This document shows, piece by piece, positions 56,253-64,000 of a stretch of DNA of 64,000 bases. Positions within the stretch are counted from its first letter, which is position 1. Every line of letters begins with the position of its first letter. A program made the position numbers and the translations under genes. The notes beneath the pieces are model-generated. The model was not told where the DNA came from, made no database searches, and saw nothing but the letters and a program-made list of their open reading frames with translations. Where the stretch lies: contig JAWKVV010000002.1 in NCBI GenBank assembly GCA_041397885.1, positions 48,804 to 112,803 of the forward strand. Reading direction: 5' to 3'. This DNA comes from Alphaproteobacteria bacterium. Its GTDB lineage: Bacteria; Pseudomonadota; Alphaproteobacteria; Micavibrionales; Micavibrionaceae.

Positions 56253-56282
56253 AAAAACCCGCTTTCAAAAAAACGGGTTTTT
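56253..56282. terminator. Weak bidirectional terminator between the SCP2 gene and fadL
   Basis: AAAAACCCG-12 nt loop-CGGGTTTTT. Short GC stem extended by A/T pairs. Confidence 0.4.
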
Positions 56283-56305
56283 AAAAATCATTTCTTTATA
56301 AAAAT

Positions 56306-57556
56306 TTAGAATTTGTAATTCAAACCAACGGCTACAATTCCAATATCACCGCCTGTATTGGCTCTTACAACAGCATTTCCCAAGGCATTGCGGCCAGAAA
56401 CATTAATTGTTTCAGAACCCACATGAATATAGGTAGCAGCAAAATCTAAATCTATATTTTCATTTAATTTGTAAGTGCCGCCGCCGCTAAACCAATTTCG
56501 GTCACCATCTGGTGTTCGCGTAGTTCTGAATTGGTCGTTCGTGGGGGTTTCATCAAATTGATATCCTGCCCGCACTGTCCATGTATCATTCAGGTCATAT
56601 TCCCCTCCAACGGCAAAGGCTGTGGTATTTGAATAATTTTGCGTAACGTTGGAAACAGTACCTCCTGCAGCATTTTTTGCCCGAATTTCTTGAAAATTAT
56701 TCCAACCAAACCATGTGACTTGTGCATTTAATCGTAAATTTTCATTAACATCGTGCGCAACGCCAAATGTTGCGATATCAGGTAAATTTAAATCGGCGGT
56801 TCCAGGAATATCAAATGTTCCCGCTCCCGTTCCTTGCAGACTTATCCGTCCATCAAGGGTATGCTCAATTGCGGAGCGATAATGAACACCAAACTCGGTT
56901 TGCGGTAAAGGTTTTACCAGTACTCCGATATTATATCCTAAACTCCAGTCATCTCCTTTTAACTTGCTTTCTCCTGCCGTTACAATTTGTGCGGCTGACT
57001 TTAATTCTGCATCGGCATATTGAATATCAACGCCGCCACCAATAGAAAGCCAGTCATTGGCTTTAACAGCAACAGAAGGTTGAATATTAATTGTTGTTAA
57101 ATCAGTTTGTGTTGAATCAAAACGCCCAAACCAGGTATCACCGTAATCACTGCCTAGGCCAAAGGGGGCGCTGACACCTATCCCTGCCCAAATCATATTA
57201 TTCAGGGGAACAGCGGCATAAAGATTGGGGATAGGGGTTGGACTGTATGGGTTTCCACCATCGCCACCCGTCACAGGCGCGCCGCCTAATGTTGATCCTG
57301 TATCCGTTAAATCGGCACTTGGTACAATTAAATGCACACCTGCATTGATCTGTGCTTGTTCCAACTTTGTCATTCCCGCAGGGTTAAAATAAATTGTCGA
57401 CGCATCTTCAATGGAGGTTGTAGATCCTGAAAAGGCTGACCCTAATCCTTTGACGGATTGTTCCTGAATATAAAACCCTGCAGCATGTGCAGCTTGTGTT
57501 ACAGAGAATAAAAAAGAAGAGCAGAGTAGAGAATAAGCAATATGTTTGATCGTCAT
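56306..57556 (-). CDS. fadL: FadL/OmpP1-family outer-membrane long-chain fatty-acid transporter
   Basis: Signal peptide. AGFYIQEQSVKGLGSAFSGS N-terminal hatch motif. Beta-barrel composition and a C-terminal YKF. Confidence 0.8.
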   Translation of the reverse strand: MTIKHIAYSLLCSSFLFSVTQAAHAAGFYIQEQSVKGLGSAFSGSTTSIEDASTIYFNPAGMTKLEQAQINAGVHLIVPSADLTDTGSTLGGAPVTGGDGGNPYSPTPIPNLYAAVPLNNMIWAGIGVSAPFGLGSDYGDTWFGRFDSTQTDLTTINIQPSVAVKANDWLSIGGGVDIQYADAELKSAAQIVTAGESKLKGDDWSLGYNIGVLVKPLPQTEFGVHYRSAIEHTLDGRISLQGTGAGTFDIPGTADLNLPDIATFGVAHDVNENLRLNAQVTWFGWNNFQEIRAKNAAGGTVSNVTQNYSNTTAFAVGGEYDLNDTWTVRAGYQFDETPTNDQFRTTRTPDGDRNWFSGGGTYKLNENIDLDFAATYIHVGSETINVSGRNALGNAVVRANTGGDIGIVAVGLNYKF

Positions 57557-57632
57557 AAGAAACTCCTGAAGAAAAGAGATGAGAAATAAACAGTTACGTT
57601 CATAGTCTCATACTTCAGGAAGGCTGACAATC

Positions 57633-58241
57633 TTACTCTATATATTGTTCAATGGTATTTACCATATCTTCTGTAGAGTCATTGGCTTTAAAAATTCTTA
57701 ACAGATCATTATCTGGGTTGATAAAATAAATATAGGAAGAGTGGTCCATTGTATAATCACTCATAGTCTCATCTTTAATTTTTGCGGCATAAATTTTGTA
57801 TGATTTTTTGGCTTCTTCAATTTGGGCAAGTGTTCCTGTTAAACCAATCATGCGCGGATGAAAAAGGCTGATATAATTTTTAATAACATCGACGTTATCA
57901 CGCTCTGGATCGACTGTGATGAAGTAAGGGGTAATTTTCTCTCCCTTATCACCCAAATCCTTCAAAACAGTGTTCATGCGCTGTAATTCTGTTGGGCAAA
58001 TGGCAGGGCAGTAGGTAAAACCGAAATAAATTAAACGATATTGTCCTGCCTCAAAATCTTTGTCGGTAAAGATTTTTCCGTTTTGATCGACAAGATGTAA
58101 AGGTCCGCCAAAATCACTGGCCACAACAGATTTTTGCTTTTTTGATGCATCTGAGGAGATTTGCACATAAGCAATCGAGCCAGCAATTGCCAGCCCGATT
58201 ACCACGAGGAGAGTAAAGCGAAAAATTTTATTTTTAATCAT
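57633..58241 (-). CDS. SCO1/SenC-family copper chaperone / thiol-disulfide protein
   Basis: N-terminal TM anchor. FGFTYCPAICPTEL (CxxxC) motif in a thioredoxin-like fold. Confidence 0.8.
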   Translation of the reverse strand: MIKNKIFRFTLLVVIGLAIAGSIAYVQISSDASKKQKSVVASDFGGPLHLVDQNGKIFTDKDFEAGQYRLIYFGFTYCPAICPTELQRMNTVLKDLGDKGEKITPYFITVDPERDNVDVIKNYISLFHPRMIGLTGTLAQIEEAKKSYKIYAAKIKDETMSDYTMDHSSYIYFINPDNDLLRIFKANDSTEDMVNTIEQYIE

Positions 58242-58284
58242 GCGGCTTTTATACCGCAGGATAAACTATTTTAAAAGCGCGGCT

Positions 58285-59052
58285 TTATAAAACCGTCAAC
58301 ATTTCCGCTACCAAAGGATGACGAACGATATCTTCCGCACCCAAACGACAGACAGCAATATTGGGAAGCGGATCAACACGGCGCATAACTTCATCTAGGC
58401 CAGACATCCCGTCCAGAAGATCACTTTGATCAGGATCACCAGTAACAACCATTGTGGAATGCCACCCAAGGCGTGAGAGTAACATTTTCAGTTGTCCATA
58501 GGTGCAGTTCTGCGCTTCATCAATGACAATGAAAGAATTATTGAGTGTTCGTCCACGCATAAATCCTACAGGAGCAATTTCAATCGTTCCATCATCCAAT
58601 AAGTGGCGTACTTTTTTACCACCCATACGGTCACCTAACGCATCATAAAGTGGGCGTAAGTAGGGAGCCATCTTTTCGTCTAATCCTCCAGGAAGATATC
58701 CTAAAGATTCGCCTGCTTCCATGGCAGGGCGAGAAAGGATGATTCGCTCAACTTGTCCTTTTTCTAAGGCTTCAACCGCTTTGGAAATGGCCAGATATGT
58801 TTTTCCTGTTCCTGCAGGGCCGACGGCTAACGTTAGATTATATTCATCAATGGCCTTCATTAACTCGGCCTGACCTTCAGACCGTGGTTTGATATTTTTG
58901 ACGTATTTTTTATCACGGCGACCATCAATTTCACTATCTAATGGATGCCATTCTGACCCATATGTTTCTCGTCTGGGGCCGCCATTTTCATCAAAGAAAG
59001 GATTAATCACGTTATTTTCTTTGCGATTGCTTTTTTTGGATTTCTTTGACAT
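58285..59052 (-). CDS. phoH: PhoH-family ATPase
   Basis: Walker A GPAGTGKTYLA, Walker B FIVIDEAQN, and VVTGDPDQSDL. Confidence 0.85.
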   Translation of the reverse strand: MSKKSKKSNRKENNVINPFFDENGGPRRETYGSEWHPLDSEIDGRRDKKYVKNIKPRSEGQAELMKAIDEYNLTLAVGPAGTGKTYLAISKAVEALEKGQVERIILSRPAMEAGESLGYLPGGLDEKMAPYLRPLYDALGDRMGGKKVRHLLDDGTIEIAPVGFMRGRTLNNSFIVIDEAQNCTYGQLKMLLSRLGWHSTMVVTGDPDQSDLLDGMSGLDEVMRRVDPLPNIAVCRLGAEDIVRHPLVAEMLTVL

Positions 59053-59110
59053 GGAAGACTCCTTTTTTAGGGCGTTAGGCGGATATAAAACCGCCCGCGG
59101 CAGTTGGGGT

Positions 59111-59147
59111 TAAAAAACAAAAAAGCCGCATCAAAAATCAGCGGCTT
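59111..59147 (-). terminator. Hairpin plus T-run on the minus strand, just upstream of phoH
   Basis: AAGCCGC-11 nt-GCGGCTT. On the minus strand it is followed by TTTTGTTTTTT. Confidence 0.4.
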
Positions 59148-59382
59148 AAAAAAATCTAAAACTTCCTGAGCTAGGCGGCAAATAACGCCCGCAATCTCAA
59201 AATCAATGTGTCGTCGTCTAAATAAAATCAAGGAGAACCCTTGTTAGAGTGAATGACCGAAATGGTTTTTTGAACAACCACTTTATAAAACCAGTCTATC
59301 AAAAAAATAATCATTTTTCTACAATAATACGCAGTGGAAAGAGATAAAGTTTCTTTGACGTCTTCCTAAAACCGTGAAAATG

Positions 59383-59411
59383 AAAAAAACCGCCCTGTTT
59401 GACGAGGGCGG
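59383..59411 (-). terminator. Rho-independent terminator of nrdB
   Basis: On the minus strand: CCGCCCT-8 nt-AGGGCGG followed by TTTTTTT. It starts about 35 nt after the nrdB stop. Confidence 0.6.
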
Positions 59412-59445
59412 CGAGAGAGACTCAGATAATACCTAGTATAAAAAA

Positions 59446-60513
59446 CTATGCAGCGGCTTTTTCGCCAGATCCATCACCATCTGGGGTGAAGGCTTTTTCT
59501 GCAAAAACATCTTCCCATGATCCTTGGGTTGATGCTTTGGAATATTCGGTGGCCCGGCTTTCAAAGAAGTTGGCATGTTCTGCCCCGTTTAACATTTCAT
59601 CCATCCAGGGCAGTGGATTTTTTTCAACACCATAGATAGGTTTCATGTTTAATTGTTGCAGACGGCGGTCACCAATATAACGGATATATTGTTTGACATC
59701 TTCAGGGGTCATCCCTTCAATCGGACCCATCTCAAAACACAAATCAATGAAGGCGTCTTCATGCTGAACAGTAATTTCACAGCATTCTTGAATCTCTGCT
59801 CTTAATTCATCATCCCAAATGTCTTGGTTTTCGCTGATGAAGCTGTTGAACAACTTAATCATGGATAAGCAGTGCAAAGTTTCATCCCGTACAGACCATG
59901 TCACAATTTGCCCCATCCCCTTCATTTTATTAAAACGGGGAAAATTCATCAAAATGGCGAAAGATGCAAACAGCGCAAGACCTTCGGTAAAGGCGCCAAA
60001 CATGGCCATTGTTTTGGCAATGTCACGGCGGCTTTCCATCGATACATCCTGCATATAGTCAAACTTATCTTTCATTTCTTTGTATTGAAGAAAGGCTTCA
60101 TATTCGACTTCAGGCATGCCGAGCGTATCAAGCAAATGCGAATAAGCGGCAATATGAACCGTTTCAATGTTTGAAAATGCGGAGAGCATCATTTGTACTT
60201 CGACAGGGCCGAAAACCTGAGAATAATGTTTCATGTAACAGTTATTTACTTCCACATCAGCTTGGGTAAAGAAACGAAAAATCTGTGTCATCAGGTTAAT
60301 CTCTGATTCGTTCAAATTCTTTTTCCAGTCGCGAATATCTTCGGCCATCGGCACTTCTTCAGGCAGCCAGTGAACGCGTTGCTGCGTCAACCACGCTTCA
60401 TAACACCATGGGTACAAAAACGGCTTATAAATGTGGCGTTCTTGTAAAAGACGCGAATTTGTTTTGTGTAGATCGTTGATAGCCTCTCTTTTGGCTTCGC
60501 GGGCGGTTCCCAT
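59446..60513 (-). CDS. nrdB: Ribonucleoside-diphosphate reductase beta subunit (class I)
   Basis: 355 aa. Ferritin-like di-iron motifs (EVNNCYMKHY..., EGLALFASF, SVRDETLH) and an acidic C-terminal tail. Confidence 0.85.
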   Translation of the reverse strand: MGTAREAKREAINDLHKTNSRLLQERHIYKPFLYPWCYEAWLTQQRVHWLPEEVPMAEDIRDWKKNLNESEINLMTQIFRFFTQADVEVNNCYMKHYSQVFGPVEVQMMLSAFSNIETVHIAAYSHLLDTLGMPEVEYEAFLQYKEMKDKFDYMQDVSMESRRDIAKTMAMFGAFTEGLALFASFAILMNFPRFNKMKGMGQIVTWSVRDETLHCLSMIKLFNSFISENQDIWDDELRAEIQECCEITVQHEDAFIDLCFEMGPIEGMTPEDVKQYIRYIGDRRLQQLNMKPIYGVEKNPLPWMDEMLNGAEHANFFESRATEYSKASTQGSWEDVFAEKAFTPDGDGSGEKAAA

Positions 60514-60692
60514 GATGTTTCTCCTTCGTAAATTGTACTTCTATTGTCTTTATAATTGAGTTTTGAAGCCCTGAATCCGAGTCCTTTTGGTGATTCGTCC
60601 ACAGCTTTCAAAATGTGATTTTTGTGAAAATTTGTCCTATCCCGTGAAAGAATAGAATTTCATCATATAGTATGTTTCATGATAATGAAATA

Positions 60693-61682
60693 CTATATAT
60701 TGTGTTTTTCACCATTTTTTGTCTTGTGAAGGGAATATATAATTCCTACGGTCAAAAGTCCCAATGTAACGCTGAGGGAAATACTGGCGGGAAACTTCTC
60801 TAATCCCAATAACGGGGTGATGAAAACCTTGGCGCCAATAAAAATCAGAATCACTGAAATTGCGTATTTCAGATAGGCAAATCGTTCGATCATGGCGGAT
60901 AGAGCAAAATATAGTGCCCGCAATCCTAAGATGGCGAATATATTACTGGTATAGACAATGTAAGGGTCGGTTGTGATCGCAAAAATGGCAGGGACCGAAT
61001 CAATGGCAAAAACAACATCGGCGAGCTCGATAGTAATCAGGGCGAGTAATAAAGGGGTGATGGCCCAGACCATTTTTCCTGTTTTTTTATCAGCATGTTT
61101 GACGATGAATTTTTGTCCCTCTAACGGTGCAACATGAAAACGGTTGGAAATATAGGACACCACGGGGTTATCTTGAACGTCTTTGCCGTGGTCACCTTCA
61201 TCTTTCATCAACAGAAGTTTAATCCCTGTGAAAATCAAGAAAGCCGCAAAGATGTATAATATAAATTCAAAATGATGGACAAGCGCTGCGCCTAGGAAAA
61301 TCATTAATCCGCGCAAGACAACAACGCCAATAATACCCCAAAATAAAACCCTGTGTTGGTATTTGCGCGGGATGTAAAACGCTGCAAAAATAATCGACAT
61401 CACGAATAAATTATCGACTGACAGGCTTTTTTCAATAACATACCCTGTCAAGAAATCCAGGCCGCTATCCTGGCCCAGAACATGCCAGATCCAAAATCCG
61501 AAAAGCACACTGACTGTGATATAACCGCCAGAAAGAATAAAGCTCTCCCGAACATCTATTTCATGTTGGTCTTTGTGCAGGAAACCTAAATCAATGATTA
61601 AAAGGACTAAAACAACGGCGGTGAAAACCAGCCACATCCATAATTCTTGTTCCATAAGGTGTGATGATAATAACTCTTCCAA
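60693..61682 (-). CDS. TerC/Alx-family integral membrane protein
   Basis: 329 aa, polytopic. Duplicated EKSLSVDNLFV and ELADVVFAIDSVPAI motifs typical of TerC. Confidence 0.8.
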   Translation of the reverse strand: MEELLSSHLMEQELWMWLVFTAVVLVLLIIDLGFLHKDQHEIDVRESFILSGGYITVSVLFGFWIWHVLGQDSGLDFLTGYVIEKSLSVDNLFVMSIIFAAFYIPRKYQHRVLFWGIIGVVVLRGLMIFLGAALVHHFEFILYIFAAFLIFTGIKLLLMKDEGDHGKDVQDNPVVSYISNRFHVAPLEGQKFIVKHADKKTGKMVWAITPLLLALITIELADVVFAIDSVPAIFAITTDPYIVYTSNIFAILGLRALYFALSAMIERFAYLKYAISVILIFIGAKVFITPLLGLEKFPASISLSVTLGLLTVGIIYSLHKTKNGEKHNI

Positions 61683-61751
61683 AACAACCGCTCCCTCGTT
61701 ACGCCTATCATTACACAGTTTTACTGGTGTTTGATAGAGGGGGGCGAGAGA

Positions 61752-62309
61752 TTATTTTTGGGTTTCGAATAATTTCAAATATTCGCCATAACCTTCTTTG
61801 TCTAAGTCGGCTTTAGGGACGAATCGCATAGAGGCGGAATTGATACAATACCGCAGGCCGCCGCTTTCTTTGGGGCCGTCATTGAAAACATGGCCTAAAT
61901 GGGCGTTGGTGGCGCTTGATTTAACCTCGGTACGTACCATGCCAAATTTGGTGTCTTGGTGTTCGTCAATCATGTGCTCGGAAATTGGGCGGGTGAAACT
62001 TGGCCAACCTGTGCCTGAATCGAACTTGTCAGTAGAAGAAAACAAAGGCTCGCCATTAATGACATCAACATAAATACCCTCCTCATGGTTGTCCCAATAT
62101 TCATTATGAAACGGTGCTTCCGTGCCGCCTTCCATGGTAACCTTCTTTTGCAAGTCGGTTAGGTGGTCTGTCGACATTTCTTTTTTTGTTTCTGAAGCCA
62201 TCATATCTCCATTTTCGGTGTTTTTGTCCATCGCAATGGCGGTTGCGCCATAAAGCGCCATTGCGCTTATCGCTGCCATAGCCAAGAATTTAATGCTTTT
62301 ATTGTTCAT
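61752..62309 (-). CDS. msrB: Exported peptide-methionine (R)-S-oxide reductase MsrB
   Basis: Signal peptide, then GTGWPSF and GGLRYCINS catalytic motifs. Confidence 0.85.
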   Translation of the reverse strand: MNNKSIKFLAMAAISAMALYGATAIAMDKNTENGDMMASETKKEMSTDHLTDLQKKVTMEGGTEAPFHNEYWDNHEEGIYVDVINGEPLFSSTDKFDSGTGWPSFTRPISEHMIDEHQDTKFGMVRTEVKSSATNAHLGHVFNDGPKESGGLRYCINSASMRFVPKADLDKEGYGEYLKLFETQK

Positions 62310-62385
62310 AAGAGGTAATTCGGTTTGAGTTAAGTTTGGTTACATTTTTATTGACATATTACTTTTATGCAATTATTTAATCCGC

Positions 62386-63354
62386 ATGGTAAAAGAGAGT
62401 GATAATGACAGAGCATATAATATGCTTAAGGCAATTGGTTTTCAAAGAGATGTAGAAATAATCTCAACAAATCAAGGTGCTGTAAATGATATAATCGTCT
62501 TTGCAAGGCAGGATAGAAAACAAGTTCTACGAGTGCGCACAGGCGAAAAATTTTTTCGTTATGAGCGTGGTCTTGTTAAAGAACCTCTTATCGCTCACTT
62601 TATGTATGCGGCTAAGCCTCATGACCCCGAATATAACCAAGCTGTGCTTGAACAAGCTTTAGAGCATACTGCCAATGGCAAATCCGCGCCTAAAGTTGAG
62701 GGTTTACCAGAGATATTTAGATACGGTGTAAAAGAACTAGGAGTGCCTTGGACTTTACAAGAGTATATTGAAGGTTCTTTGATTTCAGACTCTAATCAAA
62801 TAAAAGCATGGCATCATTTGGGAAAGCAGATAGGTTTTCTACATGGTCTTAATTTATCTTTCGCAGGACGTTTAAACGAAGATATAAATCAATCTCCTTC
62901 CGAGCATTTAAAGGCTGTTTTAGATGAGATAAAGAGATTAATTCCGATTCAATTGAATCGTTGTTTTAATTTTGAATCATTGTCATCTATGCCTATGGCA
63001 CTATGCCACAATGATTTGCATTGTTTAAATGTAAAAGAAGGTTACTTGCTGGATTGGGATAATACTTTCATTGCCAATCCTGCGCTAGATTTCGCTAAAT
63101 TAAAATTATGGATCAGTTTAGATAAAGAGGGACGATTTAGCCCACGTGAAGAATATTTCAAAGCCTTTTTAAGCGGCTATGTTGAAGTGAATGAAAGGTT
63201 GCCAGAGCAAGAAGCTTTAGATTTATATCAGCTTTTATTCTTATGCCGCGTTTATACTTTTGAAAAACAAAATGAAGATAGTGGAAACAAAATGCAGCCG
63301 CCTTTTCCTGGAAGCGCTGGGTATTTGCCGCATATAGAAAAATTGGCAAGATAG
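62386..63354 (+). CDS. Aminoglycoside-phosphotransferase-like (APH/choline kinase fold) kinase
   Basis: Catalytic loop CHNDLHCLNV, followed by LLDWDN (HxDxxxxN ... D motif of the APH family). Confidence 0.6.
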   Translation: MVKESDNDRAYNMLKAIGFQRDVEIISTNQGAVNDIIVFARQDRKQVLRVRTGEKFFRYERGLVKEPLIAHFMYAAKPHDPEYNQAVLEQALEHTANGKSAPKVEGLPEIFRYGVKELGVPWTLQEYIEGSLISDSNQIKAWHHLGKQIGFLHGLNLSFAGRLNEDINQSPSEHLKAVLDEIKRLIPIQLNRCFNFESLSSMPMALCHNDLHCLNVKEGYLLDWDNTFIANPALDFAKLKLWISLDKEGRFSPREEYFKAFLSGYVEVNERLPEQEALDLYQLLFLCRVYTFEKQNEDSGNKMQPPFPGSAGYLPHIEKLAR

Positions 63355-63361
63355 TTTTAGT

Positions 63362-63389
63362 AAAAAAAAAGAGCCTTGCGGCTCTTTTT
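63362..63389. terminator. Bidirectional terminator between the kinase-like gene and nrdA
   Basis: AAAAAAAAA-GAGCC-ttgc-GGCTC-TTTTT. Confidence 0.6.
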
Positions 63390-63405
63390 AAATTCTGTAG
63401 AGAAA

Positions 63406-64000
63406 TTACTGACAGCTTAGGCATTCCTCGTAATTTGCAGGTTCTGCCGTCAGCTCTGGCTCCCGCCCTTCGCTTTCGCGAGTCCGAAGCCATGAGGCAT
63501 TACTTTCCGCCCGCTGGATAGATTTTGAACGGCAGTAATATAAAGATTTAACACCCTTCTTCCAGGCTTCCATGTGAATGCCGTGCAAATCACGCTTATG
63601 GACGTTGGCAGGTAGGAAGACGTTTAAGGATTGCGCTTGGCAAACAAATTGTGCCCGGTCGCCTGCATGTTCAATCAACCATCTTTGGTCAATTTCAAAC
63701 GCGGTTTTGAAAACGTCTTTTTCCTCGTCGCTCAAGAAATCCAGATGTTGGACGGAACCTTCATTAGTGAAGATGGAGCTCCACACATCATCGGTGTTTT
63801 GTCCGCGTTCTTCCAGTATCGCCATTAGATATTTGTTTTTCACAGGGAAAGATCCTGACAATGTTTTATGCGTGTAGGCATTGGCCGCATTGGGTTCAAT
63901 CCCTGGAGAAGATCCACCACAAATGATGGAGATAGAAGCCGTTGGCGCAATCGCAATTTTGTTGGAAAAACGCTCCATGATTCCATAGTCTGCCGCATCA
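63406..64000 (-). CDS. nrdA: Ribonucleoside-diphosphate reductase alpha subunit, C-terminal fragment (5' end outside window)
   Basis: Open to the window edge. ...IAIAPTASISIICGGSSPGIEP..., SLYYCRS, and a C-terminal redox tail ending ECLSCQ. Confidence 0.85.
   Translation of the reverse strand, partial: DAADYGIMERFSNKIAIAPTASISIICGGSSPGIEPNAANAYTHKTLSGSFPVKNKYLMAILEERGQNTDDVWSSIFTNEGSVQHLDFLSDEEKDVFKTAFEIDQRWLIEHAGDRAQFVCQAQSLNVFLPANVHKRDLHGIHMEAWKKGVKSLYYCRSKSIQRAESNASWLRTRESEGREPELTAEPANYEECLSCQ

Noticed and set aside
61683-61751. yybP-ykoY (manganese) riboswitch upstream of the TerC-family gene.
   Set aside because: Only about 70 nt separate terC from the msrB stop, and I could not find the conserved riboswitch core elements by eye. 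This would need an Rfam scan to exclude formally.
1-64000. tRNA, rRNA, IS elements, integrases or toxin-antitoxin/defence genes at the accessory/housekeeping boundary (~27 kb).
   Set aside because: I scanned intergenic regions for T-loop-like GGTTCGAAT motifs, transposase- or integrase-like ORFs and terminal inverted repeats, and found none. The boundary is not marked by any recognisable mobility signature in this window.

Overview
AT-rich bacterial chromosomal window, read by eye with no searches run. It splits into two parts.

**Accessory region (1 to ~27 kb).** This holds a Dot/Icm (type IVB) secretion locus: dotB (3' fragment), icmT, a TcpQ/PilL-like gene, icmL, icmK, icmE, icmG, one IcmC/IcmD-family gene, icmJ, icmB and a coupled orphan ORF. 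The gene order follows the IncI1 plasmid tra order (traJ-K-(L)-M-N-O-P-Q-T-U) rather than the two-region Legionella layout.
- About 13 kb on the opposite strand splits this order between the icmT/TcpQ-like genes and icmL.
- That insertion contains flgK-flgL behind a textbook sigma-54 promoter.
- It also contains a 9.4-kb operon that is the most unusual feature of the window. Four intact and one decayed tandem paralog encode an exported Cys-rich protein family, and two members carry an added Gln-rich repeat module. I cannot assign the family.
- The same operon includes a small membrane-anchored protein and a lytic-transglycosylase remnant. It is transcribed divergently from icmL.

**Housekeeping region (~27 to 64 kb).** The content looks alphaproteobacterial in flavour:
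- rpmH-rnpA-yidD-yidC-yihA, def-fmt-truA, dapE and dapD, glmU-glmS, panC, phoH and sco.
- A beta-oxidation set: fadA, a small ORF, fadB, an acyl-CoA dehydrogenase, an SCP2-domain protein and fadL.
- nrdB and nrdA, separated by terC, msrB and a kinase-like gene.

**Signs of gene decay or homopolymer errors.**
- rmuC is broken by many frameshifts.
- def is interrupted at a G6 tract.
- An HD-domain gene is interrupted at two A6 tracts.
- The small membrane protein in the paralog operon is interrupted at a T4 tract.
- An M32 carboxypeptidase homolog has lost its HExxH zinc site.

I found no rRNA, tRNA, CRISPR array or IS element. All family assignments rest on motifs I recognise and on gene context.
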